From positions 16,988,001 through 17,052,000 of the forward strand of contig OX597824.1 in the NCBI GenBank assembly GCA_951406725.2: 64,000 bases of DNA, read 5' to 3'. The notes beneath the pieces were generated by a model. The model was not told the DNA's origin, made no database searches, and saw nothing but the letters and a program-made list of their open reading frames with translations. Shown here in pieces: positions 14,581 through 28,989 of this stretch (positions are counted from its first letter, which is position 1; each line of letters opens with the position of its first letter). This DNA comes from Octopus vulgaris (Eukaryota). The translations under genes were made by a program, and so were the position numbers.

Positions 14581-14744
14581 TCTTTCTTTCCATCTATGTG
14601 TCTGTCCATTCACTTTTTTGTATTTATGTATCTATATCCATAACAAACGTATCACTCTCAATGTGTGTGTATAAGTGCGTGTGTGTGCTTGTGTGTGTGT
14701 ATGTACATACATATATATCAAATACATATATGCATACTTGCCTT

Positions 14745-14798
<54 letters not shown>

Positions 14799-14829
14799 CA
14801 TATACATACACACACATATATAACTTTGA

Positions 14830-15060
14830 TAACTTAGATTATGTGTCGGTCAAAGATTGATCCAGGCCATTTCTAACGAACTAGCACCACCTTTTAGGAT
14901 CCAATGAGTCATTCTTCAAGGTTTGGTGGGATGATGGCCCATTCAAGTTGGGAGCTTTTCTTTATGCGATGTAGCTAGGAAGTTGGTTTATCTGGTATCC
15001 GTTTGTCCAGGTTTCGTTTTTGGTGATAGGAGCTTTTCTTCTCTATTTTGGGATTATGAG
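14830..15060 (-). mobile_element. 3' end of a decayed LINE, same family as 2468-2720
   Basis: Shares CAAAGATTG.TCCAGGCCAT.TCTAAC...TAGCACCACC; the minus strand translates KRNLDKRIPDKP. Confidence 0.65.
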
Positions 15061-15717
15061 AAAAATAGTCTCTGTGTGGTGTGTGTGTGTGTGTGTGTGA
15101 GTATGCGTGTATGTGTGTGTACACGCGAACATTCTTTGCAGAATTTGTTCCAAACCATTACGCTCTGAGTTCAAATCTCGTGAATTCATCGTTGCCTTTG
15201 ATCCTTCCATTGTATATATAATAAAATAACAGACTAGGGAAATATTAGCATGGGCATTCGACTCTAATTTATTCCCAAAGTTTAATTCTTTTGCCCAGTT
15301 TAAGAATGTCTTTTTCTTCGAAAAGGTTTAAACGAACAACATACTCATTGATTTAGCGTGCAAAGTGGCTGAATATTCTAAAGAGACATGCTCACTCCAT
15401 TCACAGCGTATGTCAAGGATGAGAAGGTAAAATGATATTCGCCAGGATGCTACGCATCTTCCGCCTACCAGATTTCACTTACAGGGCTGCAATCGGCTGG
15501 ACTTAGTAGCAAAGTTCTCTGCAAGTATATGGCACGAAACGGAATCGAATTCAAGATATCATAATTGCAAATGGGAACTTCTTAATGTAACAGTCAGATC
15601 TAGGGCGATTAATACACATTCATTTATACACACACACACATACATACATATATATATATATATATTGTTATATTTCGGAATGGTCATATTGCCAGTTTAG
15701 CCAATAAAAAATCTTTC

Positions 15718-15816
<99 letters not shown>

Positions 15817-16389
15817 TCACATAGAGGCATAAACACAGAAGCAGAAATGTGTGTAGTTCTATGAGCATGTATATGTGCTTCTTTTTATCTGTATATGTGT
15901 GTGAGTGAGTGTGTGTACATATATATTTATCATATATATGTATGTTTTTAGGCATATAGTTACATTCATACATATAGAGATATTTAAATAAAAACATACG
16001 CACACACACATACACACACACACATATATATATACAAATTAAAACAAAAGTAATTTTATGGATATACGTCTGTGTACATGTGCGTGTATCATTGACGTGA
16101 TCCGCTACATTGACCTTACTCCAATTTGTGATAGGTTGGTGACATTTCAGTGTAACTCCCTTGATATTTGGGCAAAATACAAGTTGAACTTTAATAAATT
16201 TCTTTCAGTTGAACTCTTCGTTTCAATAGATTTTCTTGACAACAGTAAACAAACACGGATCTTCAAGATTGATTAACACTTATTGAAATTTGAGAATTAT
16301 TAGTTGAAAAATGGAAAACAATTGTAGTATAATATATTTGCTTAGTTGCCCGCAAGCACTACCGTGCATTTGATACGCCTAAATAAATC

Positions 16390-16430
<41 letters not shown>

Positions 16431-16649
16431 ACACACACACACAAAAACAGTCGCACACTCTTATGTATGTAGGCACGCGGTTTGAGATACGTGCATTTGT
16501 GTACAAATATATGATAATATGTAAATATATGTGTTTGTGTGTGTGAATGTGAATTTGTGTGCATTAATTCACATGGAGAATATGTATGTATGTATGTATG
16601 TATATATGTATGTATGTATATATATATTTGTGTGTGTGTGCGTGTATAA

Positions 16650-16769
<120 letters not shown>

Positions 16770-17076
16770 GCTTAAAATTAATAATAGAGGGGTAAAAATT
16801 ATTAATTAAATTAATTGATTAATCAATTAATTAACAATTTTTCCAAAGAGATCGATACGTTAAAATAAACTTTATAGGTAAATTTATCCATATAATTATA
16901 ATTAGGATTTCGCTAACTGCTTCATGGTCGTGTTGATTCATTGTTTTTCTCTTTGCCTTCGTAAAAAAAGTATCTTTACCGTCATGGAATGTTTATAGTA
17001 GTAGAAAAGTGAGTTTTAAGTCCTGTTTCAAATTTCGGTAGTGTTGAAACGGTTAGCTAAACCCTAATTACAATTT

Positions 17077-17154
<78 letters not shown>

Positions 17155-17423
17155 GACAAATGAGTATGTATGTTTGCTTTTGTGTATGTGCCTGCGTGTA
17201 CGTATTTGTGTGTGTGTGTGTGTGTGTTTGTAAACACCTGTGTTAGCGACCGAGCTCTTGCTCTCATGTTTGTGAGAATGACTTCTCGATAGCTCCATTA
17301 GCTTCCCCTCCAGGGAAGTGGGGTTGGTTCTGAAATATATACACTATAGAATCCAAGATAGCGACCTTCTAATCATATTTCACGAGAATGACCTTTGGTT
17401 CTTTTTTTTATTTATATCTATAT

Positions 17424-17802
17424 CGTGGAGGCGCAAAGGCCCAGTGGTTAGAGCAGCGGACTCGCGGTCATAGGATCCCTGTTTCGATTCCGAGAGCGGG
17501 CATTGTAAGTCTTTATTGAGCGAAAACACCTAAGGCTCGACGCGGGTCCGGTAAGGGGTGGCGAACCCTGCTGTATTCTTTTAACCCAACATTTGTCTCC
17601 CTCTTTCTCCTGTTGCTGTTGTACCTATATTTCAAAGAGCCAACTTTGTCACACTTCGTGTCACGCTGAATCTCCCCGAGAACTACGCCAAGGGTACACG
17701 TGTGTGTGGAGTGCTCAGCCACTTGCACATTAATTTCACGAGCAAGCTGCTCCGTTGATCGGATCAACTGGAACCCTCGTCGTGGTAACCGACGGAGTGC
17801 CA
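17424..17802 (+). mobile_element. SINE family C (tRNA-derived), full length
   Basis: tRNA-like head GGCCCAGTGGTTAGAGCAGCGGACTCGCGGTC...GTTTCGATTCC and 3' end GTAACCGACGGAGTGCC. Other copies at 18641, 32601 and 50196. Confidence 0.9.
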
Positions 17803-17919
17803 CGATATGTATACACCCAGACATATATACGTATATACTCATTTCCATTACTTATAAATTTGTATGGATACATAATTAGCTATTTGTAGATCTATCTTTC
17901 TATTCATCACAAATCTATC

Positions 17920-17982
<63 letters not shown>

Positions 17983-18289
17983 GCTTAAAATTAATAATAG
18001 AGGGGTAAAAATTATTAATTTAATTAATTGATTAATCAATTAATTAACAATTTTTCCAAAGAGATCGATACGTTAAAATAAACTTTATAGGTAAATTTAT
18101 CCATATAATTATAATTAGGATTTCGCTAACTGCTTCATGGTCGTGTTGATTCATTGTTTTTCTCTTTGCCTTCGTAAAAAAAGTATCTTTACCGTCATGG
18201 AATGTTTATAGTAGTAGAAAAGTGAGTTTTAAGTCCTGTTTCAAATTTCGGTAGTGTTGAAACGGTTAGCTAAACCCTAATTACAATTT

Positions 18290-18371
<82 letters not shown>

Positions 18372-18640
18372 GACAAATGAGTATGTATGTTTGCTTTTGT
18401 GTATGTGCCTGCGTGTACGTATTTGTGTGTGTGTGTGTGTGTGTTTGTAAACACCTGTGTTAGCGACCGAGCTCTTGCTCTCATGTTTGTGAGAATGACT
18501 TCTCGATAGCTCCATTAGCTTCCCCTCCAGGGAAGTGGGGTTGGTTCTGAAATATATACACTATAGAATCCAAGATAGCGACCTTCTAATCATATTTCAC
18601 GAGAATGACCTTTGGTTCTTTTTTTTATTTATATCTATAT

Positions 18641-19019
18641 CGTGGAGGCGCAAAGGCCCAGTGGTTAGAGCAGCGGACTCGCGGTCATAGGATCCCTGTT
18701 TCGATTCCGAGAGCGGGCATTGTAAGTCTTTATTGAGCGAAAACACCTAAGGCTCGACGCGGGTCCGGTAAGGGGTGGCGAACCCTGCTGTATTCTTTTA
18801 ACCCAACATTTGTCTCCCTCTTTCTCCTGTTGCTGTTGTACCTATATTTCAAAGAGCCAACTTTGTCACACTTCGTGTCACGCTGAATCTCCCCGAGAAC
18901 TACGCCAAGGGTACACGTGTGTGTGGAGTGCTCAGCCACTTGCACATTAATTTCACGAGCAAGCTGCTCCGTTGATCGGATCAACTGGAACCCTCGTCGT
19001 CGTAACCGACGGAGTGCCA
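18641..19019 (+). mobile_element. SINE family C, duplicate copy
   Basis: Second unit of the tandem duplication. Confidence 0.9.
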
Positions 19020-19136
19020 CGATATGTATACACCCATACATATATACGTATATACTCATTTCCATTACTTATAAATTTGTATGGATACATAATTAGCTAT
19101 TTGTAGATCTATCTTTCTATTCATCACAAATCTATC

Positions 19137-19201
<65 letters not shown>

Positions 19202-19386
19202 CTTGATGCAATTTCGGAGTGTTGCAATCCTTAATTTAATATTTTTCCGATACACTTTAATGATGGATGTTATGTTCTCCCTGTGTTATTGCAATTTATA
19301 TATCTGATAATCATATTGATTTCCAGTTCTGACACATTGTCAGCATTTTCGCGTCACCATTTACCGCCTTATATCTCGCAATCATA

Positions 19387-19822
19387 TTGGGTTGTCCGGA
19401 AAGTTCGTGCCGAATTTTTAAGGAAAGAAAAAGGTCAATAAATAGTTGGCATTACAGTTTTAATCAACCAAATATGAACCATTTTGTTGCACAATGCTTC
19501 TCCATATTTCCTTTAACTTGAAAATACCCTCTTCCCAGAATCGAGGTGGTTTCATGGCAAAGAATTCATCAATGTATTTTTTTACGTCATCCAAGGAATT
19601 GAAATTTTTATCATTAAGACTATTCTGCAGGGACCTGAATAGGTGAAAATCCGAAGGAGCAATATCTGGTGAATATGGAGTTACAGAATTAACACAGATT
19701 ATAGGAAGATAAATCTTCTGCCACGAAAAGATAGATTAAGCTGTGCTGTAAATGGAGGTGTAGTCAAATCCTATTTTATGGACTCATACTATAAATCGGC
19801 ATGAACTTTCCGGACCACCCAA
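19387..19822 (-). mobile_element. Internally deleted mariner (family 1), second copy
   Basis: Same TIR as 8075-8617 with TA flanks; keeps only the PYSPDIAPSDF C-terminal coding part and lacks the ATG. Confidence 0.93.
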
Positions 19823-19849
19823 TATTATTAATATTTCATATGTGTTAGG

Positions 19850-20040
19850 TTGAGGGCGATAAGTTGCAGAATCGTTGGCGCAATGCTTAGCAGCACTTCG
19901 TCCCGTTTTACGCTCTGAGTTCAAATTCTGCCAAAACTGATTGTGCCTTTCGTTCTTCCGGGTTCGATAAAATAACTACCAGTTATATACTTTGGCAGAT
20001 AAAATGTACTTTCCCCTCCCCCTTGCCAAAATTTGAAACC
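19850..20040 (+). mobile_element. Old diverged SINE family B
   Basis: AGAATCGTTGG...GCTTAGC...CTCTGAGTTCAAATTCTGCC...GCCTTTCGTTCTTCCGGGTTCGATAA. Similar relics at ~15150-15300 and ~49490-49700. Confidence 0.65.
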
Positions 20041-20767
20041 AAAATATAAATTATTTCTTGATTAATTTGTATCTTCTACTATTAATAATTCATTGCTGAA
20101 ATATCTACATACTTTGCATGGCTTACACATTTTATTTATTTCCAGTATTTGTATATATATGAAGTGATATATATTGTATCCATGAAGTGATATATATTAC
20201 GTACATATACTTCGGCATTAGGCTTAATAACCTATAGAAATTTATGTATATCTGGAGAAATATGTCTTCTCAAAGATCGCTTTTCTCTTCCTATCGCATG
20301 CAAATTCTCATCTATAATTTTACAAATCATCATAAACCTAACACACGAAACTCTATAATTAATAAAGCTATGCACTTCGTAATATAATCGATTTTATGTT
20401 AGTAACACAATTTCTCTAATACTTACAACAGAACCTGCAGCTACTGTCTATCCATATGCATATCCTTATTTATCCATCTATGTCAGATATGTATGCATTA
20501 TACTTAGGTTTGTGAACCAAATATGAGAGTTTCTACGTGATTTGACGAATTCCTACAAATCATAGCCACATGTTCTTCCAATCATCGTACGGAGTTTCAA
20601 ATCACAGGAGGACATGTAAGTTAGAATATTCATATATAATTCTACAGCAATGATATTGCAGTAGATCATGCCTTTGGCAGTATCAGTACGATCAGGTCTC
20701 AGCTTAAAACGATATCGAGCTAAATTCCCATAGACACTTTCGAGTTTATATACATACATAGACACAT

Positions 20768-20819
<52 letters not shown>

Positions 20820-21100
20820 TGCAACAGCCTGGGCTTCAAGGGCCCACAGCTTTTTAATATTCTCCCAAAAAGTCTGAGGAACTTGCACAAAGTAGATGTA
20901 GGGTTTTTTAAGTCAAAGCTGGACCTCTTCCTGTCGAGAGTCGCAGAAGAACCTACCTCACGTCAAGAGGTGCAAATGAGGGTAGCTATATCAAACTCCA
21001 TGCTTCACCAAGTGCCACATATTAGACGAGGCTCTGTAATAACAGTGTAGAAAAACGGCGGTGCATCAGCATGGCCACAGCTCTGTGCTGAAAGTAGAGA
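20820..21100 (+). mobile_element. 3' end of a CR1/L2-group LINE (open ORF2 C-terminus plus 3' UTR)
   Basis: 20820-21050 reads CNSLGFKGPQLFNILPKSLRNLHKVDVGFFKSKLDLFLSRVAEEP...SNSMLHQV...* without a break. It is followed by GGCGGTGCATCAGCATGGCCACAGCTCTGTGCTGAAA, similar to the SINE A tail. Confidence 0.8.
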
Positions 21101-21408
21101 GAAGAAAAAAAATATATATATACACACATACAGGCTCACTTATGAATAAGAAAATCAATTTCGTTCGTTTGTATACTCCATATTTCATGCAATAAAGAAT
21201 TTTTGATTATTCTGGCAACCATTTTTCCCACTCTATAGAAATACATCCCTAAAATAAAAGCCACTGGTGACAAAGAAAGTGCACCTTATTGTTTATTGTA
21301 ATATTCAAATGTGTTTAACTTAAACCGAACAGGTCTTACTATAATGCATACATACATACATATATACATATGTATACACACACACACATATATATTTATA
21401 TACATATG

Positions 21409-21448
<40 letters not shown>

Positions 21449-22354
21449 CATATATATATATATGTATATACATATATATATGTATATATATGTATATATA
21501 TACATATATTTGCATATATATAACAAAATACATATTTATACATATATATATATTTATATATATGTATATGTCTATATATATATATGTTTATTTATATATA
21601 TATATTTATATATATACATGTATATTCATATATACATACATATATGTATATATAAAGATATACTTATTTATACATATATACATACGTACATGCATGCATA
21701 TGTATACACACACATACACACACACATATATTTATGCACGAAAAACATCTCAATTTATCGATGAATCAACAACTGTATTTATTTACCAAATCTTATTCTC
21801 TGAACAAATGCATATATAAATACAAAATACTTTATTTATTTAGCGTAGATTATCCGTTGAGATTAAATTCAATTTTGAAATCTAGCTTTCATTATTGAAT
21901 TATTTTCAAGAATATAAATAGTTGCCTAGCTTTATGTCAAACTGCTGTGTAGTGTTTATACTTCCATCAAAGACTTGGTCACTGTCCCTAAGGGGTTTTA
22001 AGTATATATGCTTATCTTTAACCGTATGTGTACGTCTTTCTATCAATATTATCTAGTCAACATATACGTTGAGTATAACTATCGTCACTCTTCTCAAATA
22101 TCTATAGAAATAAGAATTTTATAGATTCTTTTTTTGTTTCTCTCGCTTGCAAACTCTCAACATTAATCTTCAAAGTTATTATATACATAAACGTAAGTTC
22201 ATGAAGATTTTTAAAGATGTTTATCAAAAATATTTTCCGTTCCAGAAAAACATACTACAAGCGTTGTTTCTACCGTAAATAGTTTTCATATACTTGTATA
22301 AGCGTAAATTGCTGTCCTTCGTGAATCTTTGCAAGATTTCCTGTTTCTTTTACA

Positions 22355-22620
22355 CATGTATGTATGTATGCATGTATGTATGCATGCATGTATGTATGTA
22401 TGTATGTATGTATGTATGTATGTATGTATGTATGTACGTATGTATGTATGTATGTATGTATGTATGTATGTACGTATTTATGTAGGTATGTGTGCACAAA
22501 TATGTATGCATGAATGTGCATATATGCATGAATATATTTTTGCATGTATATTTCTATGTTTGTATGTATTTATGTATGTATGTAAGTATGCCTGCATTTA
22601 TGTAGGTATGTATATATGTA
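22355..22620. repeat. (ATGT)n microsatellite
   Basis: Directly visible. Confidence 0.95.
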
Positions 22621-22624
22621 TGGT

Positions 22625-23125
22625 GATACGGAAAAACATTTGCTTCTCTCTTGGTTTCGAAAGTTCTCATATCACCAATATCAATTGGTTATACTCTTTC
22701 GAATTCAATGTTAATTAATTATAGTAGATAACGTCATTCAGTCAGAATCTTAGTTCCCTTAGAGCTTACTTTCTGGAATTCGGATTTCCTTCAATGGTGT
22801 ATATACCTTTTGAGAGGTTCCACGGGACATTGAATCAAGCGACATTTGCCGGACGTGCACTGAAAATAAAACCTTGTCTCCAATCTGTTTATTTATGATA
22901 AACATCTCTGTCACAATCTTATTTCGATTTTATTACTAATACATCTATAAAGGTTAATTTATGCTTGCTCTACTTTATAGTAAATTGAAAGGTATTTTGT
23001 TTACTATTTATGAGGGTTGTAAAATTCGTATCGTCTATCCAAACCTTCATCGGATGGTTTAAAGTGATCGTCTACAGGTCTTTTCCAGAGTTCATTCAAG
23101 TATTTTTAAAACTGGTTTCCCAGTT
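22625..23125 (-). pseudogene. Decayed Penelope-like element reverse transcriptase fragment
   Basis: Minus strand, across frameshifts: WKRPVDD (RYxDD-like), FTTLINS..FQFTI..SKHKLTFIDVLVIK, DVYHK*TD, FNVPWNLSKGIYTI, LRELR. The order matches the PLE RT motifs RYLDD / IQFT / LPFLDV / TDIYxKPTD / NIPFNLARRI. Confidence 0.7.
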
Positions 23126-23142
23126 TGTGCGTGGTTTGCGCT

Positions 23143-23655
23143 CTTTTCGATTGCATGAACTAACATTAGGAGGGGGACGAGATAAATTACCTGCATCAAC
23201 ATGCTATAAAAACAGGTGGTAATTTTATATTGTACTTATTCTTAGAGCAACTTCTGAAGAGTGCACTTCGATTTTAACTGATAGTTGTTTCAAAGCTAAA
23301 GTGGAAATGACGAAGATCGTATTCGGCATGTTTTGATTTATGAGTTCAATAAAGGCAACAGCGCAACGGAAAGTGCGAGGAATGTTACTGCACTATACGA
23401 GGATCGTACAATAAGGGTAAGCCAGTTTCAACGGTGGTTCCAGAAATTCCGAGCAAGAAACTACAGCCTAGAAGAGTTCAGAACAGTACTGGAGGATTAC
23501 TTCTCGTCGTGAATGTTGGAAGAACGGCCTTGCAAGTCTACAACATAGAGGGAAGAGCATTTTAGATAATGAAGGAGAGAATATTTCAGGTTAATTAAGA
23601 AGTTTGTTCATAATTTGAAAAATAAAAGTATAAAAACCGCATTATTTATGGGATG
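23143..23655 (+). mobile_element. Internally deleted mariner (family 2)
   Basis: N-terminus RIRHVLIYEFNKGNSATESARN...QRWFQKFRARNYSLE is joined to a C-terminal remnant; the 3' TIR AAAACCGCATTATTTATGGGATG matches 25892-25921. Confidence 0.85.
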
Positions 23656-23666
23656 CATTTTTGTAT

Positions 23667-23707
<41 letters not shown>

Positions 23708-23903
23708 CATACATATATATATGTACGTGTGCGTGTGTGTGTGTGTGTGTGTATGTGTGCATATGTGTATATATGCATATATGTATGTGTGTATATATTC
23801 ATATATGTATGTGTATGAGTATATAAATATAAGTATATATGTTAAATATAGATATATATTTACATATGTCCAGCATTAAACACACACACACACACTCACA
23901 AAC

Positions 23904-23939
<36 letters not shown>

Positions 23940-24524
23940 TATTTACACTATTATATGATCAAACGCCACGCATCCTTTTCGAAGTAAGTTTTATATATAT
24001 ATATGATATACATATACAAATATATACAACCCCGCTACACAGACATGTTTATATATATAAAGGTATATATATATATGTGTGTGTGTGCGTTCGCGTACAT
24101 GTATATATGTATCACGAACTTCAATTATATACAATGAGTTACAATTCTTCAATAGGAATGCAAATAAGTCGACATATGCTCTATAATTAATTGATGCAAT
24201 TGAACTCGCTATCGAAATTACCATGGCTGGTAAAATTTAATGAGTCTACTAATTACTGGCTACAAATAAGAGGATTCTTTTGCACTCATCTTTCATAAAC
24301 ATAAATGAGCACATGTTAATGTATGCATGTAAGCCTCTCCCTATGTGCGTAAATATCTTTAAACATATATAAGTATGTACATATGTATCTACGTATGTAC
24401 GAGTGTATGTATGTCTGCTTGCTTGCATATGTATGTATATACACACACACTTATATACGCACGCACACACAATACGCGATCGCATTTTCCTTCTTTTATT
24501 TTATATATCTACTTTTTGCTTATT

Positions 24525-24670
<146 letters not shown>

Positions 24671-24797
24671 CAAAAACTAGATATATAAAATAAAAAGAAG
24701 GAAAATGAAAGCATTTAATCTATTTTTATTTTACGTCTTCATGTATTTTATATTCAGCTTGTCAACCGGTTTCACTTTCGCTAATCATGACATTGAA

Positions 24798-24830
<33 letters not shown>

Positions 24831-24931
24831 TGTATGTGTGTATGTATGTATGTGTGTATGTATGTATATATATATATATATTAAATAATTGATTTTCGGA
24901 TTTGGTTTGGTAGATTCGTTATGTTAGTTCG

Positions 24932-25921
24932 TGTGTCATCCTATGAATAATGCAGAATTTTATACTTCTATTTTTCAAAATTAAGATAAACAAAGCCTTT
25001 CAAATATCATCCTCATTGTATACGGCCGTGCATTATCCTTATGGAAGACCACATTTCGTCCTGAAACCAAAGATGGTCATTTTCCTTCTAGCGCTGACTT
25101 AAGCCGTTCAAGCTCCTCGCAGTAGATCTCCTTTGTTTAAAATTTCATAGTGGAGTAAACCTTTCATATCTCACCAAACTGATAACAACACCTTACGTGG
25201 GTGAAGACCCTCTTTCACTGGGTGTGACGTTGTTTCTCCTTTCCCAACCCACTGTCTTCGGCGCTTGACATTTTTTATAGAGAACCCAATTCTCGTCACC
25301 AGTTCCTATTCGGTTCCCAAAACAGTTTCATTCATGAGACGTGACAGCGAAGAAGAGCATACATTCACACTCTGCGTGAGATTAGAATCGGAAAGTTTTC
25401 TGAGGAACCCATTGACCCAATTTGTCGACTTTTCCAGTGACACACATATGTCGTTGAATTGTTCAATGACCAAATATAACCTTCTCTGCTAGTTCCTTAA
25501 CGCTTACGAAGGAATTTTGTTCCACCAAGTTTTCCAGGACGTCATTGTCGAGCTCTAGAGTTATTCAAGAACGCGGCTCGACTTCTAGGCTGTAGGTTAC
25601 GGTTCAGAATTTCTGGAACTACCGTTGACACTCGCTTACGCTTATTGTCCGATCCCCATATACTGCATTAATATTTCTCGCACTTTTCGTTGCGTTGTTG
25701 CCTTTATTGAACTCATAAATCAAAATATGCCGAATATGCTCCTTTGTCACTTCCATTACAGTTTGAAAAAAAATATTAGTTAAATTCAAAGTGTACTATC
25801 AATAATGACAATGTGAAATTACTACCTGCTTTTATAGCAAGTTGATGCAGGTAGTTCTATCCGTTCCCCTCCGGCAGTTCATGCCATTGTAAAAAACTGC
25901 ATTATTTATGGGATGACCCAA
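24932..25921 (-). mobile_element. Decayed mariner (family 2) with transposase pseudogene
   Basis: ATG at 25756 (-): MEVTKEHIRHILIYEFNKGNNATKSARNINAVYG..., WVPQK, TGDENWVLY, GLHPRKVLLSVW*D, VFHKDNARP. Multiple stops; TIR remnants at both ends. Confidence 0.92.
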
Positions 25922-25936
25922 TGTATATGCATGTGT

Positions 25937-26020
25937 GGGTGCTCGTAAATAATGCGGTTTTTGTCAATTGCATGTACTAAAAGTTGGAGGGTGACGGGTT
26001 AAACTACCTGTATTAACGTG
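25937..26020 (+). mobile_element. 5' end fragment of mariner family 2
   Basis: TAAATAATGCGGTTTTTGTCAATTGCATG...ACTACCTG matches the 5' ends of the 23143 and 24932-25921 copies. Confidence 0.7.
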
Positions 26021-27139
26021 TACTGTGTCATTTACACTCAATTATTCACTGAGTTAATATCTGTCATATTCAGCCTGTCTGCAATCCGTCCTTTTTACCC
26101 ATAAAATATATACCAGCGAAAATCTAAGATGTGTCCTTGTATCTAATACTTTCGATCAAAAGGTATGTACTAGAGGCAGATTTTAAATGAAGCTTTACCT
26201 AAATATTAAAGCTAAAACCACCAGTAAATTTATATAGTCTTTCACAAGGGAGTCTACAGAAAGAATATATACAAGTGTTGCTATTGAACCCCAGAGCAGA
26301 GCTGAAATATGAGCATACATGTTGTTAAAGCAGAAAGCTTCAAAATAGTAGTATCATAACTAGTGTATTTGTAACATTTTTAATGCATGGAACGAAATGA
26401 CTTTGGTTAATCATTCCAGCTTTCAACATTCTGGTTTCAGACTCCTCTATGAAGACTTAGCATTTCGTGATGCGGAGGATGATAAATATATTAATAATTT
26501 AAGTGGAGGGATTTGTGGAATCATTATTGTGTAATCTTCGGCATTTGATTCCGCTCCTTTAATTTTGAATTTAATTCGTCATTGGCCTATTTGTCTGAGA
26601 GACAATCCATCACTTGGTTTAACGCCACAAACTGACCCTTAGAAGTCATTACTAGAAGCTACTTTGTCGCAAGTAAATCGGTTAGGTATCCAGTTGAAAA
26701 GAAAAAATAAAGAATTCTTCCCCGCTTCCATTTTCCTCGGAGGCTCTGTAACTAGTTATGAACATTAACTTCTCAAACTATAAAACTTTATAAAATACAA
26801 TCCCACAATCAATTCTTTAAACGTAGATAAACATATGCATAGAAACCTGAGTAGTGTGTGGGCTATTCATTGTCTATTAGAGGAAGTATGCCATATATAA
26901 GTAACTGCAACTATATCTACGAGGTACAAGCCTGACGTGTCTTTAGGGAAGCACAATGATTAACTCTAGTAGAATTTAAATCATAATTTACTACTATGTT
27001 TCGTATTACAAGGCAATAATTTTCCAAGCGGGACCTTATCAAGCCGTTTACATCACCTCTTAAGCAGAAAAACTCGACATACTTACATACACACACATAT
27101 ATACACCTATCTCACCCCATGCACACACACGTATGTATA

Positions 27140-27206
<67 letters not shown>

Positions 27207-27327
27207 GTATATATATATGCATTTATATATGTATACATATGTATTTATATATGTATATATGCATTTATATAAATATATGCATATATGTAGACATATATAT
27301 ATATTTATATACGTATATACATACACT

Positions 27328-27369
<42 letters not shown>

Positions 27370-28322
27370 CATGTATATGTATATATATATATATATATAC
27401 ATATGTATATTTGTACTTACACGTGTTATGATGTACATATAGGTTGATCTGTTTTATTTTTGCTCCTGCCATTTATTTAAATTACGTTGTAAACACATGC
27501 TTATACACAAACGTATGGCAGAATATATACGAACACATATATCACTTACGGTATGCGTATGTATTTATGCCAGGGATATATATGAACGCATATACCGCCG
27601 CAGATGAGTAATTACACGCATACATATATGAAACAATATAATACACACATACCTACATACATATGTACATACAAACATACATATACATGCATACATATAT
27701 ACAAATATGCATACATACATACATATATTTGTAGGTAGGTATGTTCCTATAGTAGGTTCATATGCTTATATATATATGTGGTTGTATGTGTGTGTGTGTG
27801 TGTGTGTGATATATATGCACATATCTGTGTATAGGTACATGTACAGACGGTGATTATTGTATATGCATGCAATATCAATCAAGTACCGTACTCTATTATT
27901 TACTTGACAGGATGTTTAATGATAAATATATACCATCATTGTATTGGAATCATTTTATATTATCCAATTGCTATTTGGTTTTCTTTCGCATGCACGTATT
28001 CAATCATTCTATATTTTTTTTATTCTAAATCTCAAATTCCTTCATTCCTTCATTCGGTTATTCTTTTATTATGTCATTATATAATTTGTTTTTGATATAT
28101 GCCTGTTACTTATTTTTTTTTGTATTTGATTTTATACTGAGTATTTTTGTTTGTTTTTTTAAATTTAATTCTCTATTCAGTGATAAAACTATTAAAACCA
28201 GTGATTTAAGCTCATTTAACCGTTGCCATGGTTTTCATTTTGGAATGAGTGAACGAGTGTTAGTTTAGTAGCTATCACTGAGTCTCAGAGTAAGCCACAC
28301 TGCACGTCAATTACATGTTCAG

Positions 28323-28365
<43 letters not shown>

Positions 28366-28519
28366 TACATACACACACACATATAGGTATATACATGTAC
28401 GCATACTCACAAAATGTCTACTCCCAATAAAACATTGAAAAGCACAAAAATGTCCACATACTTGCGCATATATATACACACATATAAGAGTGCATGTATA
28501 CATACATACACACACATGC

Positions 28520-28552
<33 letters not shown>

Positions 28553-28928
28553 TTATGTATGTGTAAACACACACACAAACGCACACATACATATATAGGT
28601 AAACATATATATACATATATTACGTATTTGTATATTTATATACACATATGTACACATGTTTATCTTTAAGTGTACATGAGAAAATATGTATAAACATATG
28701 TCATATGCATTATATAAATGTATGTATATGCATATATATATATATATATATATATATGCATACACGTATATATATATATGTATATATACATATATACTTA
28801 CATATGTGTATATATATGTATGTACATATATATGCATATGTATATATATGAATATATATGTATATTTATATATGTATATATATATAGAGAGAGAGAGAGA
28901 AAGAGAGGGTGAGATAGATATGTAAACA

Positions 28929-28968
<40 letters not shown>

Positions 28969-28989
28969 TTATAATGGGGGAGGCTGGTT

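Noticed and set aside
17424-17500. tRNA-like sequences at SINE heads (also 18641, 45011, 46139-46431)
   Set aside because: A/B boxes are present, but there is no complete acceptor stem and they continue into SINE bodies, so they are not tRNA genes.
17513-19065. Duplicated 111-aa minus-strand ORFs
   Set aside because: They are antisense readings of SINE C within the tandem duplication.
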